A stretch of DNA of 64,000 nucleotides from an uncultured Ignavibacteria bacterium. GTDB lineage: Bacteria > Bacteroidota > Ignavibacteria > UBA10030 > UBA6906. This document shows, one piece after another, positions 7,337-16,458 of the stretch. How positions within the stretch are numbered: the first letter of the stretch is position 1; each line of letters begins with the position of its first letter. The position numbers were made by a program, and so were the translations under genes. The notes under the pieces are model-generated. The model saw only the letters and a list, made by a program, of their open reading frames with translations, made no database searches and was not told the origin of the DNA. The stretch is taken from the NCBI GenBank assembly GCA_963780165.1, contig CAWABB010000008.1, forward strand, positions 6,451 through 70,450, given 5' to 3'.

Positions 7337-10300
7337 TTCCGGTCTCCGGTTTCAGAATCACTCCCTTGTTGAGGTGGCCGTTGATCTTGATCGTCAATGA
7401 GTGCTCGAGCCTGACCAGCCTGGTCCATTGAGCCGTCTCGAGCGCCGGCTGTTCGACCAGCCAGTTCCAGTCGAGAAACCCCAGATGCGCGTGCGCGTTC
7501 ACGGTGAAATAGCCGACCATGAACGACGTGATGTTCTGGAAGAAATGCGTCCCCTGCGAGGGCGCGACGGCGATTTCTTTGAATCCCGCTTCTACGATTG
7601 CCCGGGCGCCGGCAATGTCTTTCCATGCCACGGGGATTCCAAGCCACGGGTCGAGGGATCCCCAGCGTCCCACGCCGATCAGGAGGTAGGGGCGACCTTC
7701 CGTGATCAGGCGGTTGTTGAAGGTGGCGACCTCGCGCGCGACATCCCGGCTGCGCGAGCGATCGAACGTGTGAACGTCGACAAAAACAATATCCCGGATG
7801 TCTTCGATAAGCCCGTTCCCGAGCACCATCGTGCTCTCGCAGAGAAGCTGGGAGCGATCGGTCACATCGACCGTGAGCGCCTCAGGTTCTCGGTGGATCA
7901 CGAGGGGGCGCATCTGTAACAGTGCGAATTCCTTCGGCTCGCCTCGCGGGCGGGCGAGGTTTACTGCAAATTCGACCTCCACCGGCGTCCCCATCCCCCA
8001 CGTGCCCATATCCAGTATTAACTCCAGGATCTGAGCGAGGGGGAGGAGCTTGTGTCGCAAAACGGGATGGAAGGTGACCACGCGAATACCGGGACGGGCG
8101 ATGCCGTCGTAGATGACGTCGTTTTCCGGCGAGTAGGTCGATCCCACATACCGGAGCGTGTCGTCCTGCTCGGCGACGGTGAGCTCGTGGAGTTTGAGCA
8201 GCACGTCGTGCGTCTCGGCCCCGAAGTCGGTCGGCGCGTCCATCTCCAGCGCGAAGAACTGGCGCTGTGTGCTGTTGATGGTCTCCTCCACGGAATAGAA
8301 CTGGATGTTGTCGGTGGGATATTTCGGGCAGAACCTGACGGCGTTTCCGCCGTCGACGACCGTCTTTCCGAGGCCCAGGGCAACAGAGACGACGCCGTCC
8401 GCCGATTTTTGGGGCGGGATGGGGTAGAAATTGTACGCCTTCCCCACGCCGGCGAAGTCGGGATAGAAACGCCCGTCGTGCTGTGCCCCGACCATCTTTT
8501 GGACGATGACCGCCATCTTCTCCTCCTCCAGGCGGTAGGAAGTGACGCGAAAGTAATCCTTGGTACCCTGATAGAAGGTCGAGGCGTATACGCGCTTGAT
8601 ACTGTTCAGGAGATCGTTCAGGCGGACGAGCGGATCGGCATTCGCGTTCGGAAGCATGTACGTCTCGTAGACTCCCGCAAAGGGATGATACTGGGAATCC
8701 TCCATGAGGCTCGAAGAGCGGACGGCCAGCGGCGAGCGCACAAGATCCAGGAAGGCGACAAGATCTGCCAGGACAACGGCCGGAAACTTCGATGCCGTGA
8801 GGAATCGCCTCGTGATCTCCCGGTCGTCGGTGCACGTCATACCGAATGTGCGGAGGTTGTTCTCTTCCACGAACTGATCGAACACCTCCGTCCCGACAAC
8901 GACAGCGGGAGGGACGAGGATCTGAACACCCTCGAATCTGTCACGGACACTGTAGTCGTTCAGGAGCGTGCTGACGAACCCCAGGCCACGGGCTTTCCCG
9001 CCCAGCGAGCCTCCGCCGATTCGCGCGAAGCTTGAGTCCGGATCAAACGTCTCTTTTGTGAAATCGGCGATGATGCCGCGCTGGCGGATATTCCTGTAAT
9101 CGTGGAGCGACGCGATCAGGTGCTCGCGCAGCGCCCCGACTGAGGGATAGTCCGACACTTTGCGCGGGCGGAGCTGGTGGGCGAGCCAAAATTCCGTCCG
9201 GGCTTTCAGCCAGTTAGAGAAGTGGTTCCGCTCGGCATGATAGCGGATACTTTCCCCGGGGACCTCCCCCAGTCGCTCTTCGAGAGAGCGCAGGTCGGTG
9301 GCCCGGCCCACCTCGCGGCCATCAGGCAGCCGGAACACGAAATCGCCGAACGAAAACTGGTGGAACATAAACTCTCGGAGCTCGGTCAGCAGCAGGGGAG
9401 AGCCCTTGATGACGAATCTGCAGCCTGCCCGTCTTGCTTCGTCCTCGGCATCCGCCATCGTGGAAAGCAGCAGGATCGGCACGTCCGGCTGATCGGCTTT
9501 GATCGTGCGTGCGAGCACGATCCCTGCCCGGGAATCCTGGACCCCGTCGCGGGGGAAATCGATGTCCGACAGGATGCCCAGGACGAAATCACGATAGCGC
9601 TGGTAGTATCCGAACGCTTCCTCGTACGAGGTCGCAAGGAGGATCTTCGGCCGCGCCCGCATGCGGAGGAATTTATGCGTGAGATTGATGCCTTCGGAGA
9701 TGAGTCCCTGCGACTGCTTTAGCAGTTCCGTGTAGATGATCGGCAGAAAGGAGGAGTAGTGCTTGACGTTGTCCTCGACGACGATCACCGTCTGCACGCC
9801 GACCATCCGCGTGTCGTGATCGACGTTCATCCTGTCCTCGAGGTACTTGATGATCGCGATAATGATCCGGAAATCCCCCTGCCAGATGAAGACGCGATCG
9901 AAGACCGAGGTGTCGGTGTTCAGGAGGAGGTGCTTCAGCTCCAGGTTGTCATGTGCCAGAAGCACGACGGGGATGTCGATGCCGGAGGCGCGCGCCATGC
10001 GTGCAAAGTCGACGGCGTGCATGTCGTCGATGTGGAGCGTCGTGATGATGAGATCGAAGCGGCGCTCCTCGCGGGCGAGACGGATGGCATCGCGGCCGCT
10101 GGAGACGCGCGTCAGCTCGGGGCTGTGACTGAGGTTGAAACCCTGGTATTCGTTGCGGATAAGTTCGTAGAGGCGACCGTCTTCCTCGAAGAGGTACAGA
10201 TCGTAGAGGCTTGAGACCAGGAGGATGTCCCTGATCCTTAGCCGCATGAGATTCTGGAACCCCTGAAAGCGGTTCCCGTAGCCATGCTCGACGAGCAACG

Positions 10301-10340
10301 TATCGAGCATGCCGGAGACATCATCGGGCGGGCCTGTCAT
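7326..10340 (-). CDS. Degenerate receiver + canonical receiver + PEP/pyruvate-binding (PPDK_N ATP-grasp) protein, paralogue 1
   Basis: 1004 aa. REC-like 1 lacks the acceptor Asp (FDLIITTLHIDDM), while REC 2 is canonical (VIVVEDN, GILSDIDF, ILLLST, VIKGSP). PPDK_N motifs GGKARGLGF and AVRSSSLMEDS..PFAGVYETY are present. Confidence 0.8.
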   Translation of the reverse strand: MTGPPDDVSGMLDTLLVEHGYGNRFQGFQNLMRLRIRDILLVSSLYDLYLFEEDGRLYELIRNEYQGFNLSHSPELTRVSSGRDAIRLAREERRFDLIITTLHIDDMHAVDFARMARASGIDIPVVLLAHDNLELKHLLLNTDTSVFDRVFIWQGDFRIIIAIIKYLEDRMNVDHDTRMVGVQTVIVVEDNVKHYSSFLPIIYTELLKQSQGLISEGINLTHKFLRMRARPKILLATSYEEAFGYYQRYRDFVLGILSDIDFPRDGVQDSRAGIVLARTIKADQPDVPILLLSTMADAEDEARRAGCRFVIKGSPLLLTELREFMFHQFSFGDFVFRLPDGREVGRATDLRSLEERLGEVPGESIRYHAERNHFSNWLKARTEFWLAHQLRPRKVSDYPSVGALREHLIASLHDYRNIRQRGIIADFTKETFDPDSSFARIGGGSLGGKARGLGFVSTLLNDYSVRDRFEGVQILVPPAVVVGTEVFDQFVEENNLRTFGMTCTDDREITRRFLTASKFPAVVLADLVAFLDLVRSPLAVRSSSLMEDSQYHPFAGVYETYMLPNANADPLVRLNDLLNSIKRVYASTFYQGTKDYFRVTSYRLEEEKMAVIVQKMVGAQHDGRFYPDFAGVGKAYNFYPIPPQKSADGVVSVALGLGKTVVDGGNAVRFCPKYPTDNIQFYSVEETINSTQRQFFALEMDAPTDFGAETHDVLLKLHELTVAEQDDTLRYVGSTYSPENDVIYDGIARPGIRVVTFHPVLRHKLLPLAQILELILDMGTWGMGTPVEVEFAVNLARPRGEPKEFALLQMRPLVIHREPEALTVDVTDRSQLLCESTMVLGNGLIEDIRDIVFVDVHTFDRSRSRDVAREVATFNNRLITEGRPYLLIGVGRWGSLDPWLGIPVAWKDIAGARAIVEAGFKEIAVAPSQGTHFFQNITSFMVGYFTVNAHAHLGFLDWNWLVEQPALETAQWTRLVRLEHSLTIKINGHLNKGVILKPETGNAR

Positions 10341-10357
10341 TGCAGTGTCCTCCCGGA

Positions 10358-10386
10358 AAGATAGGGAATCCCGGGCTGTGGTGAAA
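10358..10386 (-). promoter_or_regulatory. Candidate sigma-70-type promoter for paralogue 1 (TTTCAC-N17-TATCTT)
   Basis: The minus strand reads TTTCAC cacagcccgggattccc TATCTT about 20 nt upstream of the ATG at 10340. The -10 sits inside the recurring TTCCCTATC motif, but the -35 is weak. Confidence 0.3.
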
Positions 10387-10402
10387 GTCCGCCTACATAT
10401 CG

Positions 10403-10431
10403 GAGAGAGACGGGGGAAACCCGTCTCTCTC
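10403..10431 (-). terminator. 12-bp GC-rich hairpin downstream of gdhA paralogue 1
   Basis: GAGAGAGACGGG-ggaaa-CCCGTCTCTCTC starts 22 nt after the stop at 10453. It has no U-tract, so it could act as a terminator, attenuator or RNA-stability element. Confidence 0.4.
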
Positions 10432-10452
10432 GCGCGCGGCGAAGTGCCGGAC

Positions 10453-11814
10453 CTAGACGATTCCCTGGTCCATCATTGCGTCTGCGACCTTCAAGAACCC
10501 GCCGATATTAGCGCCGTTGACGTAGTTCCCGGGAGTCCCGAACCGATCGGCCATTTCGACGCACGTGCGGTGGATGCTCCTCATGATCTGACGGAGGCGC
10601 AGGTCGACCTCGTCTTTCGGCCACGGGAGGCGCATGCTGTTCTGGGCCATCTCCAGCCCAGAGACCGCGACGCCACCGGCATTCGCTGCCTTGCCCGGCC
10701 CGTAGAGGATTCCGGCATCCAGAAAAGTCTTGACTCCGTCTGGCGTCGTGGGCATGTTAGCACCCTCGGACACGCACGCCACGCCGTTGCGGACCAGGTT
10801 CGCCGCGTCTCTGCCGTTAATCTCGTTTTGCGTCGCGCTCGGGAACGCGCAGTCGGCCTTGTGGTCCCACAGTGGGTTATGGTCCATCGAGCCATCGAGC
10901 GCGGCGTACGTCGCCGAACGGTATTTTGTTGTGTACTCCTGAATCCTTCCGCGGCGGACATTCTTGAGTTCCATCACGTATGCCAGCTTTTCCGCCGAGA
11001 TTCCTTCTGCGTCGTAGATGTATCCGTTCGAGTCGGAGAGCGTGACGGCCTTCCCGCCGAGCTGGTTGATCTTCTCGACGGTGTACTGCGCAACGTTGCC
11101 GCTACCGGAAACGAGGCAGATCTTCCCGTCGAGCGTCTTCCCTTTTGTCGCGAGCATCTCTGCCGCGAAATACACCGCCCCATAGCCGGTGGCCTCAGGC
11201 CGGATCAGCGAGCCGCCCCAATTCAGCCCCTTGCCCGTGAGGACCCCGGTGAATTCGTTCCTGAGTTTCTTATACTGTCCGAACAGGTACCCGATCTCCC
11301 TTCCGCCCACACCGATATCGCCTGCGGGGACGTCCGTGTCGGCCCCGATGTGCCTGAAGAGTTCGCTCATGAAGGCCTGGCAGAACCGCATGATCTTCAG
11401 ATCGCTCTTTCCCTTCGGATCGAAATCTGACCCGCCCTTTCCGCCCCCCATCGGAAGCGTCGTCAGGCTGTTCTTGAACACCTGTTCAAAGGCCAGGAAC
11501 TTCAGGATGCCCTGCGTGACCGACGGGTGAAACCGGAGTCCTCCCTTGTACGGGCCGATCGCGCTATTCATCTCAATCCTGTATCCCCGGTTCACGTGGA
11601 TTTCTCCCTGTTCGTCGACCCAGGGGACCCGGAACGTGATGATCCTTTCAGGCTCGACGATGCGCTCGAGAACCTTTGCAGCCTGGTACTCCGGGTGCCG
11701 CTCGAACACGAGCGTGAGCGATTCCGCGACTTCCTGGACTGCTTGATGGAACTCCCCTTCCGCCGGGTTCTTCGCCTTGACCTCCGCCATAAGGTCGCGT
11801 ACGTAGTCTGACAT
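10453..11814 (-). CDS. gdhA: NADP-type glutamate dehydrogenase (E. coli GdhA-like hexameric class), paralogue 1
   Basis: GPYKGGLRFHPSVTQGILKFLAFEQVFKNSLTTLPMGGGKGGSDFDPKGKSD and DTDVPAGDIGVGGREIGYLFGQYKKL closely match the GdhA family throughout. GGAGG lies upstream of the ATG at 11814. Confidence 0.95.
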   Translation of the reverse strand: MSDYVRDLMAEVKAKNPAEGEFHQAVQEVAESLTLVFERHPEYQAAKVLERIVEPERIITFRVPWVDEQGEIHVNRGYRIEMNSAIGPYKGGLRFHPSVTQGILKFLAFEQVFKNSLTTLPMGGGKGGSDFDPKGKSDLKIMRFCQAFMSELFRHIGADTDVPAGDIGVGGREIGYLFGQYKKLRNEFTGVLTGKGLNWGGSLIRPEATGYGAVYFAAEMLATKGKTLDGKICLVSGSGNVAQYTVEKINQLGGKAVTLSDSNGYIYDAEGISAEKLAYVMELKNVRRGRIQEYTTKYRSATYAALDGSMDHNPLWDHKADCAFPSATQNEINGRDAANLVRNGVACVSEGANMPTTPDGVKTFLDAGILYGPGKAANAGGVAVSGLEMAQNSMRLPWPKDEVDLRLRQIMRSIHRTCVEMADRFGTPGNYVNGANIGGFLKVADAMMDQGIV

Positions 11815-11878
11815 TGTGCCTCCAAACGTGGTGAGTGTGGTCCCTGCACGGCCGACGCGTTGGTCGGGTTGCAGGTGG

Positions 11879-11907
11879 AGGATAGGGAACTGTCGGATTG
11901 CGGTGTA
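11879..11907 (-). promoter_or_regulatory. Candidate promoter for gdhA paralogue 1 (TACACC-N17-TATCCT)
   Basis: The minus strand reads TACACC gcaatccgacagttccc TATCCT about 65 nt upstream of the ATG. It contains the recurring TTCCCTATC motif, but the -35 is weak. Confidence 0.3.
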
Positions 11908-11964
11908 TCGGCGGGACGCGCGAAAGGATGTGGGGAAATCCCTACAGGGCCAACGGGGACGTTC

Positions 11965-14943
11965 TCAGACGCCCGGCTTCGTGATCACTCCGAGATTCTG
12001 CTGGCCGCTGATATGAACGCTGAACGGCTGGCCGAAACGAAGGTGCCGCGTGGATCCGATTTCCTCCGTCGCGGGCTGCTGAAGCAGCCACTCCCAGTCA
12101 ACGAAGCCGACGTCCGCGGACTGGTTCACCGTGAAGTAGCCAACGCGGAAGCTGGTGATGTTCTGGAAGAAATGAGAGCCCTGGGATGGGGTGACGCTGA
12201 AATCCCTGAACCCGCATTCGACGATTGCGCATGCGCCTGCAATCTGATCCCATGTCACGGGGACCCCCAGCCAGTGATCAAGGCTTCCCCAGCGCCCCAC
12301 CCCGATGAGCACGTACGGCCGCTTCTGGTCGACGAGCTTCGCGTTCAGCCGGCTCACCTCCTCGGCGGTTTCGCGGCTGCGACCACGGTCGAACTTGTGG
12401 ATGTCCACCATGATGATGTCGTACAGGTCGTTGTAGGCGCCATTCCCGAGCACCTGGGTGCTCCGGCAAATCAGGCCTTCGTCGGGGACGTCCTCTGTGC
12501 GAAGCTGCTCGGGTTCATAGCTCATCACGAGCGGCCGGATCTGCAGGAACGCAAACTCCTTCGGCGCGTTGGCCGGGACCAGCAAATTGACTGCGAATTC
12601 GATTTCGACTGCCGTGCCCATCCCCCACGAGCCCATTTCAAGCACGAGGTCCAGGATTTCCGGAAGAGGGAACACCTTGTGTTTCAGGATGGGGGCGAAC
12701 GTGACCACGCGCCTCCCGCTTCGGGATGTCCCATCGTACACGCTTTCGTTCTCGGGCGAGTATGTTGACCCGACGTGAAAGAGCGTCCCGTCGGATTCGG
12801 CGGCGGTCAGAGGGAACCGAACCATGAACCCCGCAGGATCATCCATTCCGTCCGTCAGGGCGCGCCCAAGGTCCAGGGCATAGAAATCCTGCTGGGCGTT
12901 CCGGATCGTCTCGAGCGTAGAGAAAAACTGCAGGAGATGACGTGGATACTTCGGACAGAACCGGACGGTGTTCCCGCCCTCGACAACCGTCTTGCCGAGC
13001 CCCAACGCCACGAGCACAATGCCGTCATCTGATTTCTGCGGGGGTACCGGGTAGAAGTTGTATGATTTCCCGACGCCGGCGAAATCGGGATAGAATCTTC
13101 CGTGGCGCTCGGCACCCACCATCCTCTGAATAATGACCGCCATCTTCTCCTCCTCGAGGCGGTATGAGGTCGCCTTCATATAGTCTTTCGCCTTCCGGGA
13201 GAAGGCCGATGCGTAGACGAGCTTCACCGTATAGAGGAGCTGTTGCAGCCGGGCCTCATGACTCGGGTGGTTGTTCGGGATCATGTAGGTCTCGTACACG
13301 CCGGCGAACGGCTGGTACTGCGAGTCCTCAAGGAGGCTCGACGAACGCACGGCGAGCGGTTCGCGGATGAGGTCGAGGAAATCCGAGAGCCGATAGAGGA
13401 TGTCTCCCGGGAACTTCTCCGCCGAGACGAACCGTCGCTGAATCTCCGCGTCGTCGGAAGTCTGCAGCGCCCACGCGAACAGGTTGTTCTCCTCCAGGTA
13501 TCGGTCGAAGACGTCTGTTGCGATCACCACGGCTGACGGGACGGAGATTTCGACGCCAGGGAACCGGTCGTGGATGCCGTACGTGTTGATCAGCGTATTG
13601 ATAAACCCCAGGCCGCGAGCCTTTCCGCCGAGGGATCCGCTCCCGATGCGTGCGAAGCTGTTCTTCGGGTCGAACGACTCCCTGCTGAAGTCGGAGATCA
13701 CGCCCCGTTGCCGCATCCCGCGGTACTCGCGCAGCGAGGAGATGAGCTCCTCGCGGAGGTCGGCGACGCTCGCGAAATCGGTGACCTTGTGAGGCCTGAG
13801 GCGATCGGCCAACCAGAATTCGGTCCTCGCCTTCAGCCAGTTGGAGAAATGGTTTCGCGACGCGTGGAAGACGATGCATTCGTCCGGCACCGACATCAGC
13901 TGGGCTTCGAGCGTGAGAAGATTGTGCGCGCGGCCGACCTCTGAGCCGGAGGCGTCCCGGAACACGAAATCGCCGAAGCCGAAATTGTCCAGCATGAATT
14001 GCCGGAGCTCGTGATGGAGCCGCGGCGACTGCTTCAGCAGGAAGGACACGCCGAGCGCGCGGGCGCGCAACTCCATATCCGGGCTGCTGGACTGCAGCAG
14101 AATCGGGATGTCCGTGTATTCGCGCTTCACCATTTCAGCGAACCGGAGCCCGCCCTCCGGGTCCTTTACGCCATTGCGCTTGAAGTTGATGTCAGAGATG
14201 ATGCCGAGGAGCGTCTCCTGGTATTTCTCGAAATAAGCCCACGCCTCCTCATATGTCGCGCAGAGAAGGATCTTGGGCCGGGCGCGCATGCGGAGGAAAC
14301 GGTGGCTGAGATTGACGCCCTCGGAGATCAGACGCTGCGACTGGTTCAGGATCTCCGTGTAGATGATGGGGAGGTATGATGAGTAGAACTTGACGTCGTC
14401 TTCCAGGAGGATGATGGACTGGACGCCGACCGCCTTTGTATCGCTGTCGACGTTGAGCCGGTCCTCGAGCGATTTGATGATGGCGATGATCAGCCGGTAG
14501 TCTCCCTGCCAGATGAAGATGCGGTCGAAGACTGTCGTGTCGTAGTGCGTCACGATCTCCTTCCGCTCGCGGTTGTCATAGGCCAGGAGGACGATCGGAG
14601 TGTCCAGGCCGCTTTCGCGCACGCGCTGTGCGAACCTGACCGCGTTCATGTCCTCGATGTGCAGGGTCGTAATGATCAGGTCGAACGGGCCTTCCTGGTC
14701 GAGAACCTCCATCGCCTCCGCGCTGGTCGTGACGTGCGTAAGTTCGGGCGGGTGGCTCAGGTTGAGCCCCTGGAACTCCTGGCGGATCAGCTCGTACAAC
14801 CGGCCGTCTTCCTCGAACAGGTACTGGTCGTAGAGGCTGGCGACCAGAAGGATGTCACGGACTTTGAAGCGCATCAGCTTCCGGAAGCTCTTGATGCGTG
14901 ATCCTTCGATGTCTTCGATGTTCAGATGGTGGGGTGCGGCCAT
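11965..14943 (-). CDS. Degenerate receiver + canonical receiver + PPDK_N ATP-grasp protein, paralogue 2
   Basis: 992 aa, collinear with the 1004-aa paralogue over its full length. Motifs: FDLIITTLHIEDM, IILLEDD, GIISDINF, GGKARGLGF and AVRSSSLLEDSQYQPFAGVYETY. Confidence 0.8.
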   Translation of the reverse strand: MAAPHHLNIEDIEGSRIKSFRKLMRFKVRDILLVASLYDQYLFEEDGRLYELIRQEFQGLNLSHPPELTHVTTSAEAMEVLDQEGPFDLIITTLHIEDMNAVRFAQRVRESGLDTPIVLLAYDNRERKEIVTHYDTTVFDRIFIWQGDYRLIIAIIKSLEDRLNVDSDTKAVGVQSIILLEDDVKFYSSYLPIIYTEILNQSQRLISEGVNLSHRFLRMRARPKILLCATYEEAWAYFEKYQETLLGIISDINFKRNGVKDPEGGLRFAEMVKREYTDIPILLQSSSPDMELRARALGVSFLLKQSPRLHHELRQFMLDNFGFGDFVFRDASGSEVGRAHNLLTLEAQLMSVPDECIVFHASRNHFSNWLKARTEFWLADRLRPHKVTDFASVADLREELISSLREYRGMRQRGVISDFSRESFDPKNSFARIGSGSLGGKARGLGFINTLINTYGIHDRFPGVEISVPSAVVIATDVFDRYLEENNLFAWALQTSDDAEIQRRFVSAEKFPGDILYRLSDFLDLIREPLAVRSSSLLEDSQYQPFAGVYETYMIPNNHPSHEARLQQLLYTVKLVYASAFSRKAKDYMKATSYRLEEEKMAVIIQRMVGAERHGRFYPDFAGVGKSYNFYPVPPQKSDDGIVLVALGLGKTVVEGGNTVRFCPKYPRHLLQFFSTLETIRNAQQDFYALDLGRALTDGMDDPAGFMVRFPLTAAESDGTLFHVGSTYSPENESVYDGTSRSGRRVVTFAPILKHKVFPLPEILDLVLEMGSWGMGTAVEIEFAVNLLVPANAPKEFAFLQIRPLVMSYEPEQLRTEDVPDEGLICRSTQVLGNGAYNDLYDIIMVDIHKFDRGRSRETAEEVSRLNAKLVDQKRPYVLIGVGRWGSLDHWLGVPVTWDQIAGACAIVECGFRDFSVTPSQGSHFFQNITSFRVGYFTVNQSADVGFVDWEWLLQQPATEEIGSTRHLRFGQPFSVHISGQQNLGVITKPGV

Positions 14944-14969
14944 GGACTGTCGTTGCTCCGTATTCGACT

Positions 14970-14998
14970 ATGATACGGGATTGGCGTCAGACGGTCAA
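14970..14998 (-). promoter_or_regulatory. Candidate sigma-70-type promoter for paralogue 2 (TTGACC-N17-TATCAT)
   Basis: The minus strand reads TTGACC gtctgacgccaatcccg TATCAT with 17-nt spacing, 26 nt upstream of the ATG at 14943 and directly after the hairpin at 15008-15027. Confidence 0.5.
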
Positions 14999-15007
14999 GA
15001 ACGCGAA

Positions 15008-15027
15008 AGCCTCCCGGTCGGGAGGCT
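15008..15027 (-). terminator. Intrinsic-terminator-like hairpin after gdhA paralogue 2
   Basis: AGCCTCCC-ggtc-GGGAGGCT. On the minus-strand RNA it is followed by UUCGCGUUCUU. It lies 28 nt after the stop at 15056. Confidence 0.5.
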
Positions 15028-15055
15028 CTCTGCGGTACGGGGAGGGGGGGATAGC

Positions 15056-16396
15056 TCAGACGAGGCCCTGGTCCATCATGGCGTCGGCGACTTTGAGGAA
15101 GCCGGCGATGTTGGCCCCGACCACGTAGTTTCCAGGCGCGCCGAACTTCTCGGCGGTCGTCAGGCATGTGCTGTGGATGTTTCGCATGATCTGGTGGAGG
15201 CGCTGGTCCACCTCTTCTTTCGGCCACGGCAGGCGCATGCTGTTCTGGCTCATTTCGAGGCCGGAGGTCGCCACACCGCCCGCGTTGGAAGCCTTGCCGG
15301 GCGAGAAGAGGACCTTCGCGTCCTGCAGCACTTTGACGCCGCCGAGGGTCGTCGGCATGTTGGCGCCTTCGCACACGCAGACGCAGCCGTTGTTCACCAG
15401 CTCACGGGCGTCGTTCTCGTCCAGCTCGTTCTGCGTCGCGCAGGGGAGGGCCACATCTGCCTTCACGACCCATGGACGCTTTCCCGGGTGGAATGGAACC
15501 TTGAACTTGTCAGCGTAGTCCTGGACGCGGTCATGGCTGCTGGAGCGCATCTCCAGCATGTATTCGATCTTCTCGCCGCGCACGCCCGCTTCGTCGTACA
15601 CGAAGCCGTCGGGGCCGGAGAGCGTCACGACGCGCGCGCCGAGCTGGGTCGCTTTCTGCGCGGCGCCCCACGCGACGTTGCCGAATCCCGACACGGCGAC
15701 GACTTTCCCTTCGAACGTTTGCCCGCGGGTCTTCAGCATCTCTTCCGCGAAATAGACGACGCCGTAGCCGGTGGCTTCGGGACGGACGAGCGATCCGCCC
15801 CAGTTCAGCCCCTTGCCCGTGAGCACGCCCGAGAACTCGCGCGTGAGGCGTTTGTACTGCCCGAACAGATAGCCGATCTCTCGCGTGCCGACGCCGATGT
15901 CGCCCGCCGGGACGTCCGTGTCCGGTCCGATGTGACGGAACAGCTCGGTCATGAAGCTCTGGCAGAACCGCATGATTTCGTGGTCACTCTTCCCTTTCGG
16001 ATCGAAATCAGATCCGCCCTTGCCGCCGCCCATCGGGAGGGAGGTGAGGCTGTTCTTGAAGACCTGTTCGAACGCCAGGAACTTCAGGATGCCGAGCGTG
16101 ACCGACGCGTGGAACCGGAGGCCCCCCTTGTACGGCCCGATTGCGCTGTTCATCTGGATGCGGAAGCCGCGGTTGATATGGACGTCGCCCTGGTCGTCGG
16201 TCCAGGGGACGCGGAACATGATGACCCGCTCCGGCTCAACCATGCGCTCGAGGATCTTCGCGCTGCGGTACTCCGGGTGACGCTGGAGCACCAGGTCCAG
16301 CGACTCCAGAACCTCCGTTACGGCCTGATGGAACTCGGGCTCTGCGGGGTTCTTTGCCTTCACCTGTGCTATGAGATTCTGAACGTATTGGGACAT
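15056..16396 (-). CDS. gdhA: NADP-type glutamate dehydrogenase (GdhA-like), paralogue 2
   Basis: MSQYVQNLIAQVKAKNPAEPEFHQAV aligns with the N-terminus of paralogue 1 and the same catalytic motifs are present. The ATG at 16396 is preferred to the ORF-track start at 16462. Confidence 0.95.
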   Translation of the reverse strand: MSQYVQNLIAQVKAKNPAEPEFHQAVTEVLESLDLVLQRHPEYRSAKILERMVEPERVIMFRVPWTDDQGDVHINRGFRIQMNSAIGPYKGGLRFHASVTLGILKFLAFEQVFKNSLTSLPMGGGKGGSDFDPKGKSDHEIMRFCQSFMTELFRHIGPDTDVPAGDIGVGTREIGYLFGQYKRLTREFSGVLTGKGLNWGGSLVRPEATGYGVVYFAEEMLKTRGQTFEGKVVAVSGFGNVAWGAAQKATQLGARVVTLSGPDGFVYDEAGVRGEKIEYMLEMRSSSHDRVQDYADKFKVPFHPGKRPWVVKADVALPCATQNELDENDARELVNNGCVCVCEGANMPTTLGGVKVLQDAKVLFSPGKASNAGGVATSGLEMSQNSMRLPWPKEEVDQRLHQIMRNIHSTCLTTAEKFGAPGNYVVGANIAGFLKVADAMMDQGLV

Positions 16397-16427
16397 TGTG
16401 ACTCCGCTCTGTTGTGATATCGCTTGT

Positions 16428-16446
16428 TCCGCCGGCCTTCGGCGGA
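16428..16446 (-). other. 7-bp hairpin in the 62-nt spacer upstream of gdhA paralogue 2
   Basis: TCCGCCG-gcctt-CGGCGGA lies between the stop at 16459 and the ATG at 16396, with no U-tract. It could be an RNA processing or attenuation structure. Confidence 0.25.
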
Positions 16447-16458
16447 CTGGGCCGGCCG

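Noticed and set aside
7326-16396. The GDH + REC-PPDK_N cassette occurring twice, considered as a recent tandem duplication, repeat element or assembly artefact
   Set aside because: The two copies are collinear but clearly diverged, with amino-acid substitutions in nearly every short stretch. Their spacers are unrelated apart from the short TCCC-TATC motif. They are therefore old paralogues, not a DNA repeat.
14852-16417. 521-aa plus-strand ORF, with similar long ORFs at 10309-11430 (+), 18368-19894 (+), 12775-13032 (+) and 8052-9035 (+), all antisense to the GDH, kinase and PPDK_N genes
   Set aside because: They lie opposite genes with unambiguous family motifs. Their translations are Arg/Gly/Ala/Pro/His-rich low-complexity strings with no recognisable motifs. 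Such stop-free antisense frames are expected in GC-rich DNA.
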